A DNA stretch of 64,000 nucleotides, taken from NCBI GenBank assembly GCA_002104945.1, contig MCFH01000065.1, forward strand, positions 62,001 to 126,000, given 5' to 3'. The notes under the pieces are model-generated. The model did not search any database. It saw only the letters and a list, made by a program, of their open reading frames with translations, and was not told where the DNA came from. This document shows positions 49,860 to 64,000 of this stretch, one piece after another (the stretch's first letter is position 1; every line of letters begins with the position of its first letter). Made by a program: the position numbers and the translations under genes. Origin of the DNA: Piromyces finnis finn (taxonomy: Eukaryota; Fungi; Neocallimastigomycota).

Positions 49860-52300
49860 TTTGTTTGCTTTTTTTTTTTTTTTTTCTATCTTTTGGGAAA
49901 TTATTAAAATTTATTATTTAATAGTTAATATACCATTTTTTTTTTAATATGAACTATTTCAGAAATTAAACAATAAAAAAAAATTAAATAATAAATCTTT
50001 TTTTTTTTTCTTCTTCTTCTTCTTTAAAATACAACATTAACTAAAATACTTTTTGAATAATATCATGGATATGGTGGAGGGGAAAAAAACAGAGATATAC
50101 ACCTTTTTTTTTTTGAAATAGACCTAAAACATATCTAATAAATAATTATAAAGTTTTTTTTTTTTTTAAATAGTATCCAACCACAACCACAATCCTTTTT
50201 TTTTTTTAAAAAGGTATTTAATAAAATGATGGGTTTTTTTTTTTTTTTTTTTTTTTACATTTTTCAACACTTTTTACACCCAGAAATAATTCATTCATTT
50301 TTTTTTTTTTTCCAAATACAATTACAATAAAATAAAATTAATATTTTCATCCATTTTTATCCATTCCTATTCCTACCATCTATTTAAATAATCTTTTTTT
50401 TTTTTTTATCTATTTCATAATAATAAAGTTTAAAAATAGTTGATGCCGTTAAAAAAAAAAAAATTCATAATTATATTATTTGATGTTTTAAAGTTTTTTT
50501 TTTTGAATAAAAAGGAAAAGTTATTTAAAAAATTATTCAATAACACGCAACACGCTCAATGGCATTGCCCTGCCTGTTTAATATAAAACAATAAAACAAC
50601 ACAAATTCATTTTATTTTTATTTTTATTTTTGGTGGATTTTCCATCAATAATTTTGATTTAAAAAAATTTTTTTTATTTCTTCCTTCCTTTTAAAAAATT
50701 TTAAAAAAAGCTCTTTACAAACAATAAAAAAAAAATGAACAAATGAACAAATGCTACTCTTCAAAAATTGTAGTCTTTAAGGATTATAAAAGACTTCCAT
50801 TTCAACAACGATGGAATGAGATAACCATGGACGTATCACAATTTTTTTTTTTTTTTTTCAAAAATAAATAATATAATTATTTATTAAAAAAAATTAATTA
50901 TTTTTTGTTTTTTTATTTTTAATTATTAATTATTTTTTGTTTTTTTTTTGTTTATGCCATTTCAATCAAAAATGATGCCATTTTTGGCATTTTTTATTCC
51001 CATTTTTGGTAATAAATTTTTTACTTTTTTTTTTTATTACAAAATTTTTATTTTTTCTTCTCCTTTTCGTTTCATTTCAAGGTATTTTATTGGTCCATTT
51101 CTTTGTATGCAAGCCATGCTAAAGTCCTAATACCTTGATATGATTGGTCAATTTTATTTTTAATGAATGGGAGAAGACACACCAAAAAACGTGCTCATTT
51201 TTTTTGTTTTTTTTCTAATTCCTTGGCCAAAATTGGCGCATAAAAAATGGCATGACGGCAGAAAAAGTAAACAAAAAAAAAAACGGCATTTCATGGTGAA
51301 ATGGAAATTTGACGGATGATAGGGATGATATTTATTATTGTGAAATTTATGATGATAAAATTTATTTATTTCATCATAAAATAATAAAATGACGCCATAT
51401 TTTAAATAATAAAATGGGAATAAAAAATGGATGATTTTTTTATGCTTTTTTTTTTTTTAAAAAAAATTAGATTACTAATAAAAAAAAAAAAAGACATTGA
51501 ATGGTGTCATTTATTTAATTTATGAGATTAATAAAATTTAAATTGTAAAATGAATTAATTAAATAATTTTATTTCATACTATATCATCATCCTATTTTAT
51601 AATTAAATAAAATTAATATTTTATAATTAATTTTTATTATTTTATTATTTTTTATAATTAATTTTTATTATTTTATTATTTATTTTTTATTTCATTCCTA
51701 TTTCATACCATTTTTTATATTTAAAAAAAAAATTTTTTTGGAATAAATTTTTATTCCAATTTTTAGGCTCAAAAAAAAAAATGATGCAATCTTTCAGAAT
51801 TTTTATTATAAAAAAATTCAAATAAAATTTTTTATGACAAATTTAGAAAATAAAAAAAATTACTAAAAAAGGAAAAAAAATTTTTTTTTTATTTTTTTAT
51901 TTTTTTTTTTTTATTTTTTATTAAAAAACGAAAGCAACTTTTTTTAATTTTTTTTAAAAAAAAAACGAAAAAAAAACGAAAATCTAAAAAATTTCATCAT
52001 TTTAAATTAAAAAAAAAAGAAAAGAAAAAAATCAAACCATATCATCATTTTTAATTAAAAAAAATTTCATTCCCTTTTTTTTTTTTTTTTTTTTTTTCAG
52101 AATTATCTTATTGTTTTAATAAATATTTATGGTTCCTTAAACTTAATGTGGAACTATTAAAATTTAAGGATAAATTACTCAAATAAATATTTTTTTTTAA
52201 ATGATGAAAACAATAGGATACTTGAAATAAAGACAATTTATGGAGGTAAGGTGAATATAAATAATTTTTAATAATAAATGTGTTGATTTTTTTGATTTTT

Positions 52301-55300
52301 TATGGTTTGATTTTTTCTTTTTTTTTTTTTTTTATATGATAAATTTTTTTAGATTTTTTTTTTTTTTTTTTTTTTTTAAAAAATAATTAAAAAAAAGTGT
52401 TTCGTTTTTTAATAAAAAATAAAAAAAAAAAAATAAAAAAAATAAAAAAAAAAATTTTTTTTTTCCTTTTTTTTTTAGTAATTTTTTTTATTTTCTAAAT
52501 TTGTCATAAAAAATTTTATTTGAATTTTTTTTATAAAAAATTCTGAAGATTGCATCATTTTTTTTTTTGAGCTAAAATTGGAATAAAAATTATTCCAAAA
52601 AAATTTTTTTTTAAAATATAAAAATGGTATGAAAATAGGAATGAAATAAAAAATAAATAATAAAATAATAAAAATTTAATTATAAAAAATAATAAAATAA
52701 TAAAAATTAATTATAAAATATTAATTTTATTTAATTATAAAATAGGATGATGATATAGTATTGAAATAAAATTATTTATTAATTCATTTTACAATTTAAA
52801 TTTTATTAATCTCATAAATTAAATAAATGACACCATTCAATGCTTTTTTTTTTTTATTAGTAATCTAATTTTTTTTAAAAAAAAAAAAGCATAAAAAAAT
52901 CATCCATTTTTTATTCCCATTTTATTTTTAAAATATGGCGTCATTTTATTATTTTATGATGAAATAAATAAATTTTATCATCATAAATTTCACAATAATA
53001 AAATCATCCCTATCATCCGTCAAATTTCCATTTCACCATGAAATGCCGTTTTTTTTTGTTTACTTTTTCTGCCGTCATGCCATTTTTTATGCGCCAATTT
53101 TGGCCAAGGAATTAGAAAAAAACAAAAAAAATGAGCACGTTTTTTGTGGTGTCTTCTCCCATTCATTAAAAATAAAATTGACCAATCATATCAAGGTATT
53201 AGGACTTTAGCATGGCTTGCATACAAAGAAATGGACCAATAAAATACCTTGAAATGAAACGAAAAGGAGAAGAAAAAATAAAAATTTTGTAATAAAAAAA
53301 AAAGTAAAAAATTTATTACCAAAAATGGGAATAAAAAATTGCCAAAAATGGCATCATTTTTGATTGAAATGGCATAAACAAAAAAAAACAAAATAATTAA
53401 TAATTAAAAAAAAAAACAAAAAATAATTAATTTTTTTAATAAATAATTATATTATTATTTTTGAAAAAAAAAAAAAAAAATTGTGATACGTCCATGGTTA
53501 TCTCATTCCATCGTTGTTGAAATGGAAGTCTTTTATAATCCTTAAAGACTACAATTTTTGAAGAGTAGCATTTGTTCATTTGTTCATTTTTTTTTTATTG
53601 TTTGTAAAGAGCTTTTTTTAAAATTTTTTAAAAGGAAGGAAGAAATAAAAAAAATTTTTTTAAATCAAAATTATTGATGGAAATCACCAAAAATAAAAAT
53701 AAAAATAAAATGAATTTGTGTTGTTTTATTGTTTTATATTAAACAGGCAGGGCAATGCCATTTGAGCGTGTTGCGTGTTATTGAATAATTTTTTAAATAA
53801 CTTTTCCTTTTTATTCAAAAAAAAAAAACTTTAAAACATCAAATAATATAATTATGAATTTTTTTTTTTTTAACGGCATCAACTATTTTTTAAACTTTAT
53901 TATTATGAAATAGATAAAAAAAAAAAAAAGATTATTTAAATAGATGGTAGGAATAGGAATGGATAAAAATGGATGAAATATTAATTTTATTTTATTGTAA
54001 TTGTATTTGGAAAAAAAAAAAAAATGAATGAATTATTTCTGGGTGTAAAAAGTGTTGAAAATGTAAAAAAAAAAAAAAAAAAAAAAAACCCATCATTTTA
54101 TTAAATACCTTTTTAAAAAAAAAAAGGATTGTGGTTGTGGTTGGATACTATTTAAAAAAAAAAAAAACTTTATAATTATTTATTAGATATGTTTTAGGTC
54201 TATTTCAAAAAAAAAAAGGTGTATATCTCTGTTTTTTTCCCCTCCACCATATCCATGATATTATTCAAAAGTATTTTAGTTAATGTTGTATTTTAAAGAA
54301 GAAGAAGAAGAAAAAAAAAAAAGATTTATTATTTAATTTTTTTTTATTGTTTAATTTCTGAAATAGTTCATATTAAAAAAAAATGGTATATTAATATTAA
54401 ATAATAAATTTTAATAATTTCCCAAAAGATAGAAAAAAAAAAAAAAAAGCAAACAAATTATTCTGAATCACAGAAATTAATCATTAATTTTTCATCCCCT
54501 AAACAATCCATTTCTTTGGTTTTACAAAGAGATCCAGTATTATCATAGGAACATTTAATAAGACTGTCATTAGTTAAAATTCTTCCTTCAATATTACCAC
54601 TGAAATAACTATTTTAAATAAAATATAAAAAAAAATTAATATAATGTTTTTTTTTTTAATGTTAATCTTTTTTTTTTTTTTTTAGAGAGAGGAATAAATA
54701 GTTACACTTCTTTAAGATTTTCCAAGTCATTAAGAGATTCTGGAATAGAATTTAATAAATTATTGTTCAAATTTCTAAAAATAAAGAATAGGAAATAGGA
54801 TTTAAAATGGAGTTATTAATAATATATATTGAATATATTGAATATAGTAATAAAAATAACATAATAATAATAATAATAATTAGAATATAATAATAATTAG
54901 AATAATTAGAATAATTAGAATAATAATAATAATAAACATAATAATAATAATAATTAGAATATAATTAGAATAATAATAATAATAATAATTATAACTGTTA
55001 TAATATGTTATTTTATTATTTCTTTCCTATCAACTTACAATACTTCTAAATTAACAAGATGTGATAATTGTTCTGGAATTTCTGTAATCTTTTGACGAGT
55101 TAAAATTCTAAAAATAAGTTTTATTGATTTTAAGAAAAAAATAGTTTTTTTTTTATAATATTTATATAATATTTATATTAGAGACAAATGTAAAATATAT
55201 CTATAATATATATTTATGTTGTTTTAGTTTTATCCTTACAAAGTTTTTAAACTCAAAATTTCAGTGAAAGAAATTGGAATTTCTTTTAATGGGCTACCAA

Positions 55301-55334
55301 ATTTATTGTAACTTGTAAAATGACTTTTTTTTTT

Positions 55335-55367
<33 letters not shown>

Positions 55368-58300
55368 AAAAGAAAGAGTTATAAAATGATATTTTTAACT
55401 AATAAAATATATTAACATATAATAATAATATAGTGATATATAAAATATTTACAGAGTTCTAAGTTTAGAAAGGTTTTTAAATGCTTCATAATTAAGTCCA
55501 GTTGAAAATCCACAGCTTTCACATTTTCTATATTTATTATTAAGGAAGGATAGGATTATAATTACATAAATATAATAGATTTATATACAGGATAGTATAC
55601 ATTAGATAGGATTATTTTGTGATAATAAAATGAATTTATTTTTTTTTTTTTTACTTTGAATAATAATTCGAAACAAAATAATTATAGAAAATTATAAATA
55701 ACAACAACAAAAACTTACATTTCTTCATATTTTCCAAGTACCAACTTCATCAATAATAACTTGAGAGAAATGGAATTGTTTTAAAATTCTATTTTAAAAA
55801 GAAATAATAAAATTAATATCAAAATATAATCTATATAGGATTTACTTTATATAAAATTGGTCAAAAAAAAAAAAAAAAAAAAAAAAGATTTTAATTACAA
55901 AGTTTTTACTGTTTGGAATTCCTTAAATGAACCACTTTTAACATAGACATGTTTGGTTGATGGTGCTCCAATTTCTCTATAAAAAATTAAAATTATATTT
56001 AAATGTAAAATTTAGTATTAAAAAAAAAAACTATATCAAATCTATCTAGAATAATTTTGGTTATATATATTTACAAAGTATTAATCTTTTCAAAACTATT
56101 TAAAGCTGAAAGATTTAAAGCACCACCCAAGGAATTAAATATACTCCTATATTGTTTTTAATATAAATAAATAATGGTTTAATTTAGATGGTGGGAATAT
56201 ACTATCCGTTATTATTAAATCTTTTTATATTATTTTAGTATAAACTTGATATAAATTGATTTTTACAAATAATCAATGTATGGAAGAGATGCTGCTTGAT
56301 TAATTGTATATTGTTTACCAGTCCAATGAATTTTCTATAAAATTTTAAATAAATTAAAAAATAGTATTTGTATTAGATTATATATATATATATCTATATT
56401 TTTTTTTTCTTCACAAAAATTTTAGTTTATACTATAGAGGATTAGTCTCCTATAAACATACAATGTGGTTATGGTATTGTAGGAATAAATTTTTTCAATA
56501 TCCTCATCGGTAAGATCAATATCGTTAAAGTATCTATAATAGAATGAGGAAATTTTTTTTTTTTTTGATATATAAATTATATTATTAAGGTTATTATTAT
56601 CTATAAAAAGTATATACTTTTTTTTTATAAAATATTTTACAAAGAGATTATTTGTCCTTTATCATTGAAAACACATTCATTAATACTAGATTCTTTTTCA
56701 GCACCTAAAAAAGTTTTTATGGCATCACAATCATTAATAATTGGTTTGATATCTTCATCCTCAAGAATCATTTTTCTTTGTTCCCCATCACTTTCATTTT
56801 CAATGGCTTCATCAATGTTGATATCATCATCATCTTCACTATTATTATCATTATCTTCGGCTACTTCAGCTCCTTCATCTTCATTATTTTGTTCTGGATC
56901 AGAATCTTCATTACCTTCTTCATTATCATCTCCAGCATTTACTGGTTCATCTTCATGAATTTCTTCTTCATTATCGTCATCAATAATTTCGTTGTCATTG
57001 TTGTCATTGTTGCTATCATCATTTTGTTATTGTCATTGATTTCATTTTCGTTGTCATTGTTTTTCATCATATTGCTTTCATCATCATCGTTACCTTCATC
57101 ATCGTTACTTTCATTGTTTTCATCATCGTTGATTTCATTGTCATTGTTATCATCATTATTGCTTTCATCATCATCGTTACCTTCATCATCGTTGATTTCA
57201 TTGTCATTGTTATCGTCATTATTGCTTTCATCATCATCGTTGATTTCATTGTCATTGTTATCGTCATTATTGCTTTCATCATCATCGTTACTTCATCATC
57301 GTTATCATCATTATTGTTTTCATCATCGTTACCTTCATCATCGTTATCATCATTATTGTTTTCATCATCGTTACCTTCATCATCGTTATCATCATTATTG
57401 TTTTCATCATCATTACTTTCATTGTTGTCATCGTTATCATCATTATTGTTTTCATCATCATTATCATTATCATCAGAGTTACTTTCATTGTTTTCATCAT
57501 TATTATCATTATCATCATCGTTACTTTCATTGTTTTCATCATCATTATCATTATCATCATCGTTACTTTCATTGTTTTCATCATCATTATCATTATCAGA
57601 GTTACTTTCATTGTTTTCATCATCATTATCATTATCAGAGTTACTTTCATTGTTTTCATCATCATTATCATCATCATCAGAGTTAGAGTTATCATCATTA
57701 GAAGAGTTTTCATCGTTTGAAGAATTTTCTTCATCATCAGAGTTCTTGTTATTGAGTTCTTTGATATGTTTAATATGACTGTAAAATCCTTTTATAATTT
57801 CTTCTTTCATCAGAAACTTCATCATCAGATTGTTTCTTGGCATCTATTTCTTCAGAAGATGATTCATCCTCATTCTTTCCCATGATAATGATGCTTTCCT
57901 CGAAAATGGCCATCTTCTTCATCATCAGAAACTTCAACTCTTTCATTACCATGTTTCTTAATGTCCTTTCTGTTGTTGGAATGTTTTAAATTATTATGAC
58001 CCTTATTGTATCCTTTGGTTAATGCTAATGTTATAAGGACCATAAAAAATAGGATCCTTATTAATTGTTTTGTATTCATTTTTTTTTAAATGTAAATAAT
58101 TATAGGTATATAGGTTTTAATTTATTCTTTAATAATAATATTATTATTATTTACAAATTTATTAATGTTATTAATGTTTCTTTAACAAAAAAGATAAAAA
58201 TTAGAAAAAAAAACTATTATTTTTATAAAATTTTTTTTTTTTTTTTGGAATAAATGAATTATACAAGTATTATTAAAGTTTTATAATTTTTAAATGACAA

Positions 58301-58655
58301 TGAGATATTATAAATTGGTAATACATTTCTTATATTCATTTTCATCTATGGGTAATTCATTAATAATAATAATAATAATAATATAATAATAATAATAATA
58401 AAACAATCAACTTTATTTTAAAATATGAAATAAAATTTAAATTATTAAAAGCTTGATTCGGTGTTATCCTAAATTTATTAATTTTATTTATTAAATTTTT
58501 TAAAGTGTTTGCCTTACAAGTCTATTTTTTAGTTTTATTTAAAAATTATCATTAATTTTTATTTTTTTTAAAAAAAAGAAAAAAAAGGAGAGAGAAATGG
58601 AAATAAAAGAAAAGTAAAAAAAAATATTATTAAATAAGTAGTACAACAGATTTAA
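52301..58655 (-). repeat. Copy 2 (inverted) of triplication unit, with many indels
   Basis: Reverse complement of 45648-52041; mostly single-base and homopolymer indels. Confidence 0.95.
54458..58079 (-). pseudogene. Frameshifted inverted copy of the acidic-LRR gene (possibly sequencing-error frameshifts)
   Basis: Same start (MNTKQLIR) and exons as 46226-49859, but exon 1 is split over several frames in the ORF track. Confidence 0.75.
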
Positions 58656-58880
58656 TAATATTTTTTTTTACTTTTCTTTTATTTCCATTTCTCTCTCCTT
58701 TTTTTTCTTTTTTTTAAAAAAAATAAAAATTAATGATAATTTTTAAATAAAACTAAAAATAGACTTGTAAGGCAAACACTTTAAAAAATTTAATAAATAA
58801 AATTAATAAATTTAGGATAACACCGAATCAAGCTTTTAATAATTTAAATTTTATTTCATATTTTAAAATAAAGTTGATTG

Positions 58881-58927
<47 letters not shown>

Positions 58928-61900
58928 AATTACCCATAGATGAAAATGAATATAAGAAATGTATTACCAATTTATAATATCTCATTGTCATTTAAAAATT
59001 ATAAAACTTTAATAATACTTGTATAATTCATTTATTCCAAAAAAAAAAAAAAATTTTATAAAAATAATAGTTTTTTTTTTCTAATTTTTATCTTTTTTGT
59101 TAAAGAAACATTAATAACATTAATAAATTTGTAAATAATAATAATATTATTATTAAAGAATAAATTAAAACCTATATACCTATAATTATTTACATTTAAA
59201 AAAAAAATGAATACAAAACAATTAATAAGGATCCTATTTTTTATGGTCCTTATAACATTAGCATTAACCAAAGGATACAATAAGGGTCATAATAATTTAA
59301 AACATTCCAACAACAGAAAGGACATTAAGAAACATGGTAATGAAAGAGTTGAAGTTTCTGATGATGAAGAAGATGGCCATTTTCGAGGAAAGCATCATTA
59401 TCATGGAAAGAATGAGGATGAATCATCTTCTGAAGAAATAGATGCCAAGAAACAATCTGATGATGAAGTTTCTGATGAAGAAGAAGAAATTATAAAAGGA
59501 TTTTACAGTCATATTAAACATATCAAAGAACTCAATAACAAGAACTCTGATGATGAAGAAAATTCTTCAAACGATGAAAACTCTTCTAATGATGATAACT
59601 CTAACTCTGATGATGATGATAATGATGATGAAAACAATGAAAGTAACTCTGATAATGATAATGATGATGAAAACAATGAAAGTAACTCTGATAATGATAA
59701 TGATGATGAAAACAATGAAAGTAACGATGATGATAATGATAATGATGATGAAAACAATGAAAGTAACGATGATGATAATGATAATAATGATGAAAACAAT
59801 GAAAGTAACTCTGATGATAATGATAATGATGATGAAAACAATAATGATGATAACGATGACAACAATGAAAGTAATGATGATGAAAACAATAATGATGATA
59901 ACGATGATGAAGGTAACGATGATGAAAACAATAATGATGATAACGATGATGAAGGTAACGATGATGAAAACAATAATGATGATAACGATGATGAAGGTAA
60001 CGATGATGATGAAAGCAATAATGACGATAACAATGACAATGAAATCAACGATGATGATGAAAGCAATAATGACGATAACAATGACAATGAAATCAACGAT
60101 GATGAAGGTAACGATGATGATGAAAGCAATAATGATGATAACAATGACAATGAAATCAACGATGATGAAAACAATGAAAGTAACGATGATGAAGGTAACG
60201 ATGATGATGAAAGCAATAATGATGAAAACAATGACAACGAAAATGAAATCAATGACAATAACAACAATGATGATAGCAACAATGACAACAATGACAACGA
60301 AATTATTGATGACGATAATGAAGAAGAAATTCATGAAGATGAACCAGTAAATGCTGGAGATGATAATGAAGAAGGTAATGAAGATTCTGATCCAGAACAA
60401 AATAATGAAGATGAAGGAGCTGAAGTAGCCGAAGATAATGATAATAATAGTGAAGATGATGATGATATCAACATTGATGAAGCCATTGAAAATGAAAGTG
60501 ATGGGGAACAAAGAAAAATGATTCTTGAGGATGAAGATATCAAACCAATTATTAATGATTGTGATGCCATAAAAACTTTTTTAGGTGCTGAAAAAGAATC
60601 TAGTATTAATGAATGTGTTTTCAATGATAAAGGACAAATAATCTCTTTGTAAATATTTTATAAAAAAAAAAGTATATACTTTTTATAGATAATAATAACC
60701 TTAATAATATAATTTTATATATCAAAAAAAAAAAAAATTTCCTCATTCTATTATAGATACTTTAACGATATTGATCTTACCGATGAGGATATTGAAAAAA
60801 TTTATTCCTACAATACCATAACCACATTGTATGTTTATAGGAGACTAATCCTCTATAGTATAAACTAAAATTTTTGTGAAGAAAAAAAAAAAATATAGAT
60901 ATATATATATATAATCTAATACAAATACTATTTTTTAATTTATTTAAAATTTTATAGAAAAATTCATTGGACTGGTAAACAATATACAATTAATCAAGCA
61001 GCATCTCTTCCATACATTGATTATTTGTAAAAATCAATTTATATCAAGTTTATACTAAAATAATATAAAAAGATTTTAATAATAACGGATAGTATATTCC
61101 CACCATCTAAATTAACCATTATTTATTTATATTAAAAACAATATAGGAGTATATTTAATTCCTTGGGTGGTGCTTTAAATCTTTCAGCTTTAAATAGTTT
61201 TGAAAAGATTAATACTTTGTAAATATATATAACCAAAATTATTCTAGATAGATTTGATATAGTTTTTTTTTTTTAATACTAAATTTTACATTTAAATATA
61301 ATTTTAATTTTTTATAGAGAAATTGGAGCACCATCAACCAAACATGTCTATGTTAAAAGTGGTTCATTTAAGGAATTCCAAACAGTAAAAACTTTGTAAT
61401 TAAAATCTTTTTTTTTTTTTTTTTTTTTTTTGACCAATTTTATATAAAGTAAATCCTATATAGATTATATTTTGATATTAATTTTATTATTTCTTTTTAA
61501 AATAGAATTTTAAAACAATTCCATTTCTCTCAAGTTATTATTGATGAAGTTGGTACTTTGGAAAATATTGAAGAAATGTAAGTTTTTGTTGTTGTTATTT
61601 ATAATTTTCTATAATTATTTTGTTTCGAATTATTATTCAAAGTAAAAAAAAAAAAAATAAATTCATTTTATTATCACAAAATAATCCTATCTAATGTATA
61701 CTATCCTGTATATAAATCTATTATATTTATGTAATTATAATCCTATCCTTCCTTAATAATAAATATAGAAAATGTGAAAGCTGTGGATTTTCAACTGGAC
61801 TTAATTATGAAGCATTTAAAAACCTTTCTAAACTTAGAACTCTGTAAATATTTTATATATCACTATATTATTATTATATGTTAATATATTTTTATTAGTT

Positions 61901-61930
61901 AAAAATATCATTTTATAACTCTTTCTTTTT

Positions 61931-61963
<33 letters not shown>

Positions 61964-64000
61964 AAAAAAAAAAGTCATTTTACAAGTTACAATAAATTTG
62001 GTAGCCCATTAAAAGAAATTCCAATTTCTTTCACTGAAATTTTGAGTTTAAAAACTTTGTAAGGATAAAACTAAAACAACATAAATATATATTATAGATA
62101 TATTTTACATTTGTCTCTAATATAAATATTATATAAATATTATAAAAAAAAAACTATTTTTTTTCTTAAAATCAATAAAACTTATTTTTAGAATTTTAAC
62201 TCGTCAAAAGATTACAGAAATTCCAGAACAATTATCACATCTTGTTAATTTAGAAGTATTGTAAGTTGATAGGAAAGAAATAATAAAATAACATATTATA
62301 ACAGTTATAATTATTATTATTATTATTATTCTAATTATTATTCTAATTATTATTATTATTATGTTTATTATTATTATTATTCTAATTATTCTAATTATTC
62401 TAATTATTATTATTATTCTAATTATTATTATTATTATTATGTTATTTTTATTACTATATTCAATATATTCAATATATATTATTAATAACTCCATTTTAAA
62501 TCCTATTTCCTATTCTTTATTTTTAGAAATTTGAACAATAATTTATTAAATTCTATTCCAGAATCTCTTAATGACTTGGAAAATCTTAAAGAAGTGTAAC
62601 TATTTATTCCTCTCTCTAAAAAAAAAAAAAAAGATTAACATTAAAAAAAAAAACATTATATTAATTTTTTTTTATATTTTATTTAAAATAGTTATTTCAG
62701 TGGTAATATTGAAGGAAGAATTTTAACTAATGACAGTCTTATTAAATGTTCCTATGATAATACTGGATCTCTTTGTAAAACCAAAGAAATGGATTGTTTA
62801 GGGGATGAAAAATTAATGATTAATTTCTGTGATTCAGAATAATTTGTTTGCTTTTTTTTTTTTTTTTTCTATCTTTTGGGAAATTATTAAAATTTATTAT
62901 TTAATAGTTAATATACCATTTTTTTTTTAATATGAACTATTTCAGAAATTAAACAATAAAAAAAAATTAAATAATAAATCTTTTTTTTTTTTCTTCTTCT
63001 TCTTCTTTAAAATACAACATTAACTAAAATACTTTTTGAATAATATCATGGATATGGTGGAGGGGAAAAAAACAGAGATATACACCTTTTTTTTTTTGAA
63101 ATAGACCTAAAACATATCTAATAAATAATTATAAAGTTTTTTTTTTTTTTTAAATAGTATCCAACCACAACCACAATCCTTTTTTTTTTTTAAAAAGGTA
63201 TTTAATAAAATGATGGGTTTTTTTTTTTTTTTTTTTTTTTACATTTTTCAACACTTTTTACACCCAGAAATAATTCATTCATTTTTTTTTTTTTTCCAAA
63301 TACAATTACAATAAAATAAAATTAATATTTTCATCCATTTTTATCCATTCCTATTCCTACCATCTATTTAAATAATCTTTTTTTTTTTTTTATCTATTTC
63401 ATAATAATAAAGTTTAAAAATAGTTGATGCCGTTAAAAAAAAAAAAATTCATAATTATATTATTTGATGTTTTAAAGTTTTTTTTTTTGAATAAAAAGGA
63501 AAAGTTATTTAAAAAATTATTCAATAACACGCAACACGCTCAATGGCATTGCCCTGCCTGTTTAATATAAAACAATAAAACAACACAAATTCATTTTATT
63601 TTTATTTTTATTTTTGGTGGATTTTCCATCAATAATTTTGATTTAAAAAAATTTTTTTTATTTCTTCCTTCCTTTTAAAAAATTTTAAAAAAAGCTCTTT
63701 ACAAACAATAAAAAAAAAATGAACAAATGAACAAATGCTACTCTTCAAAAATTGTAGTCTTTAAGGATTATAAAAGACTTCCATTTCAACAACGATGGAA
63801 TGAGATAACCATGGACGTATCACAATTTTTTTTTTTTTTTTTCAAAAATAAATAATATAATTATTTATTAAAAAAAATTAATTATTTTTTGTTTTTTTAT
63901 TTTTAATTATTAATTATTTTTTGTTTTTTTTTTGTTTATGCCATTTCAATCAAAAATGATGCCATTTTTGGCATTTTTTATTCCCATTTTTGGTAATAAA
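58651..64000 (+). repeat. Copy 3 (direct) of triplication unit, runs off the window
   Basis: Near-identical to 45669-~51020; the differences I found were homopolymer and (TA)n length changes. Confidence 0.95.
59207..62842 (+). CDS. Acidic-LRR gene, copy 3 (same exon structure as 46226-49859)
   Basis: Exon 1 translation is identical (481-aa ORF) and the same splice sites and stop are present. Confidence 0.85.

Larger units (their letters stand above)
45648..52300 (+). repeat. Copy 1 of inverted triplication unit
   Basis: 45648-52041 is reverse-complemented at 52301-58655, and 45669 onward is repeated directly from 58651. Confidence 0.95.

Noticed and set aside
52098-52246. Possible exon (..CAG/..GGAG-GTAAG) in the palindrome loop
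   Set aside because: All three frames contain stops, so no gene model can be supported.

Overview
Extremely AT-rich eukaryotic DNA with GT-AG introns, almost certainly from an anaerobic gut fungus (Neocallimastigomycota), judged from the GH48 and CotH genes carrying fungal non-catalytic dockerins. There are three zones. (1) About 1-28 kb is a nest of retrotransposons. It holds one intact, apparently very young Ty3/Gypsy chromovirus (4043-10557, minus strand, matching 439-bp LTRs, ATTAT TSD), a chimeric Copia/Ty3 element, several solo and nested LTRs from at least four families, a decayed Ty3 pol and a decayed LINE. (2) About 28-45 kb holds host genes: an SGNH/GDSL esterase, an acyltransferase-3, a CotH-dockerin protein, a GH48-dockerin cellulase and an ankyrin protein. 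(3) About 45.6-64 kb is a forward/inverted/forward triplication of a ~6.4-kb unit carrying an 11-exon secreted Asp/Asn-rich LRR gene. The most interesting signals are a tRNA-Gln-like Pol III A/B-box cassette inside the LTR of the intact chromovirus, Tf1-type self-priming PBSs in two Ty3 families, a Copia family apparently primed by a half tRNA-Lys(CUU), covarying dyads in LTRs, and a fold-back junction at a short native hairpin in the triplication (a real ODIRA-like event or an amplification/assembly artefact). All coordinates were read by eye and no database searches were run. Family labels A-D are my own.
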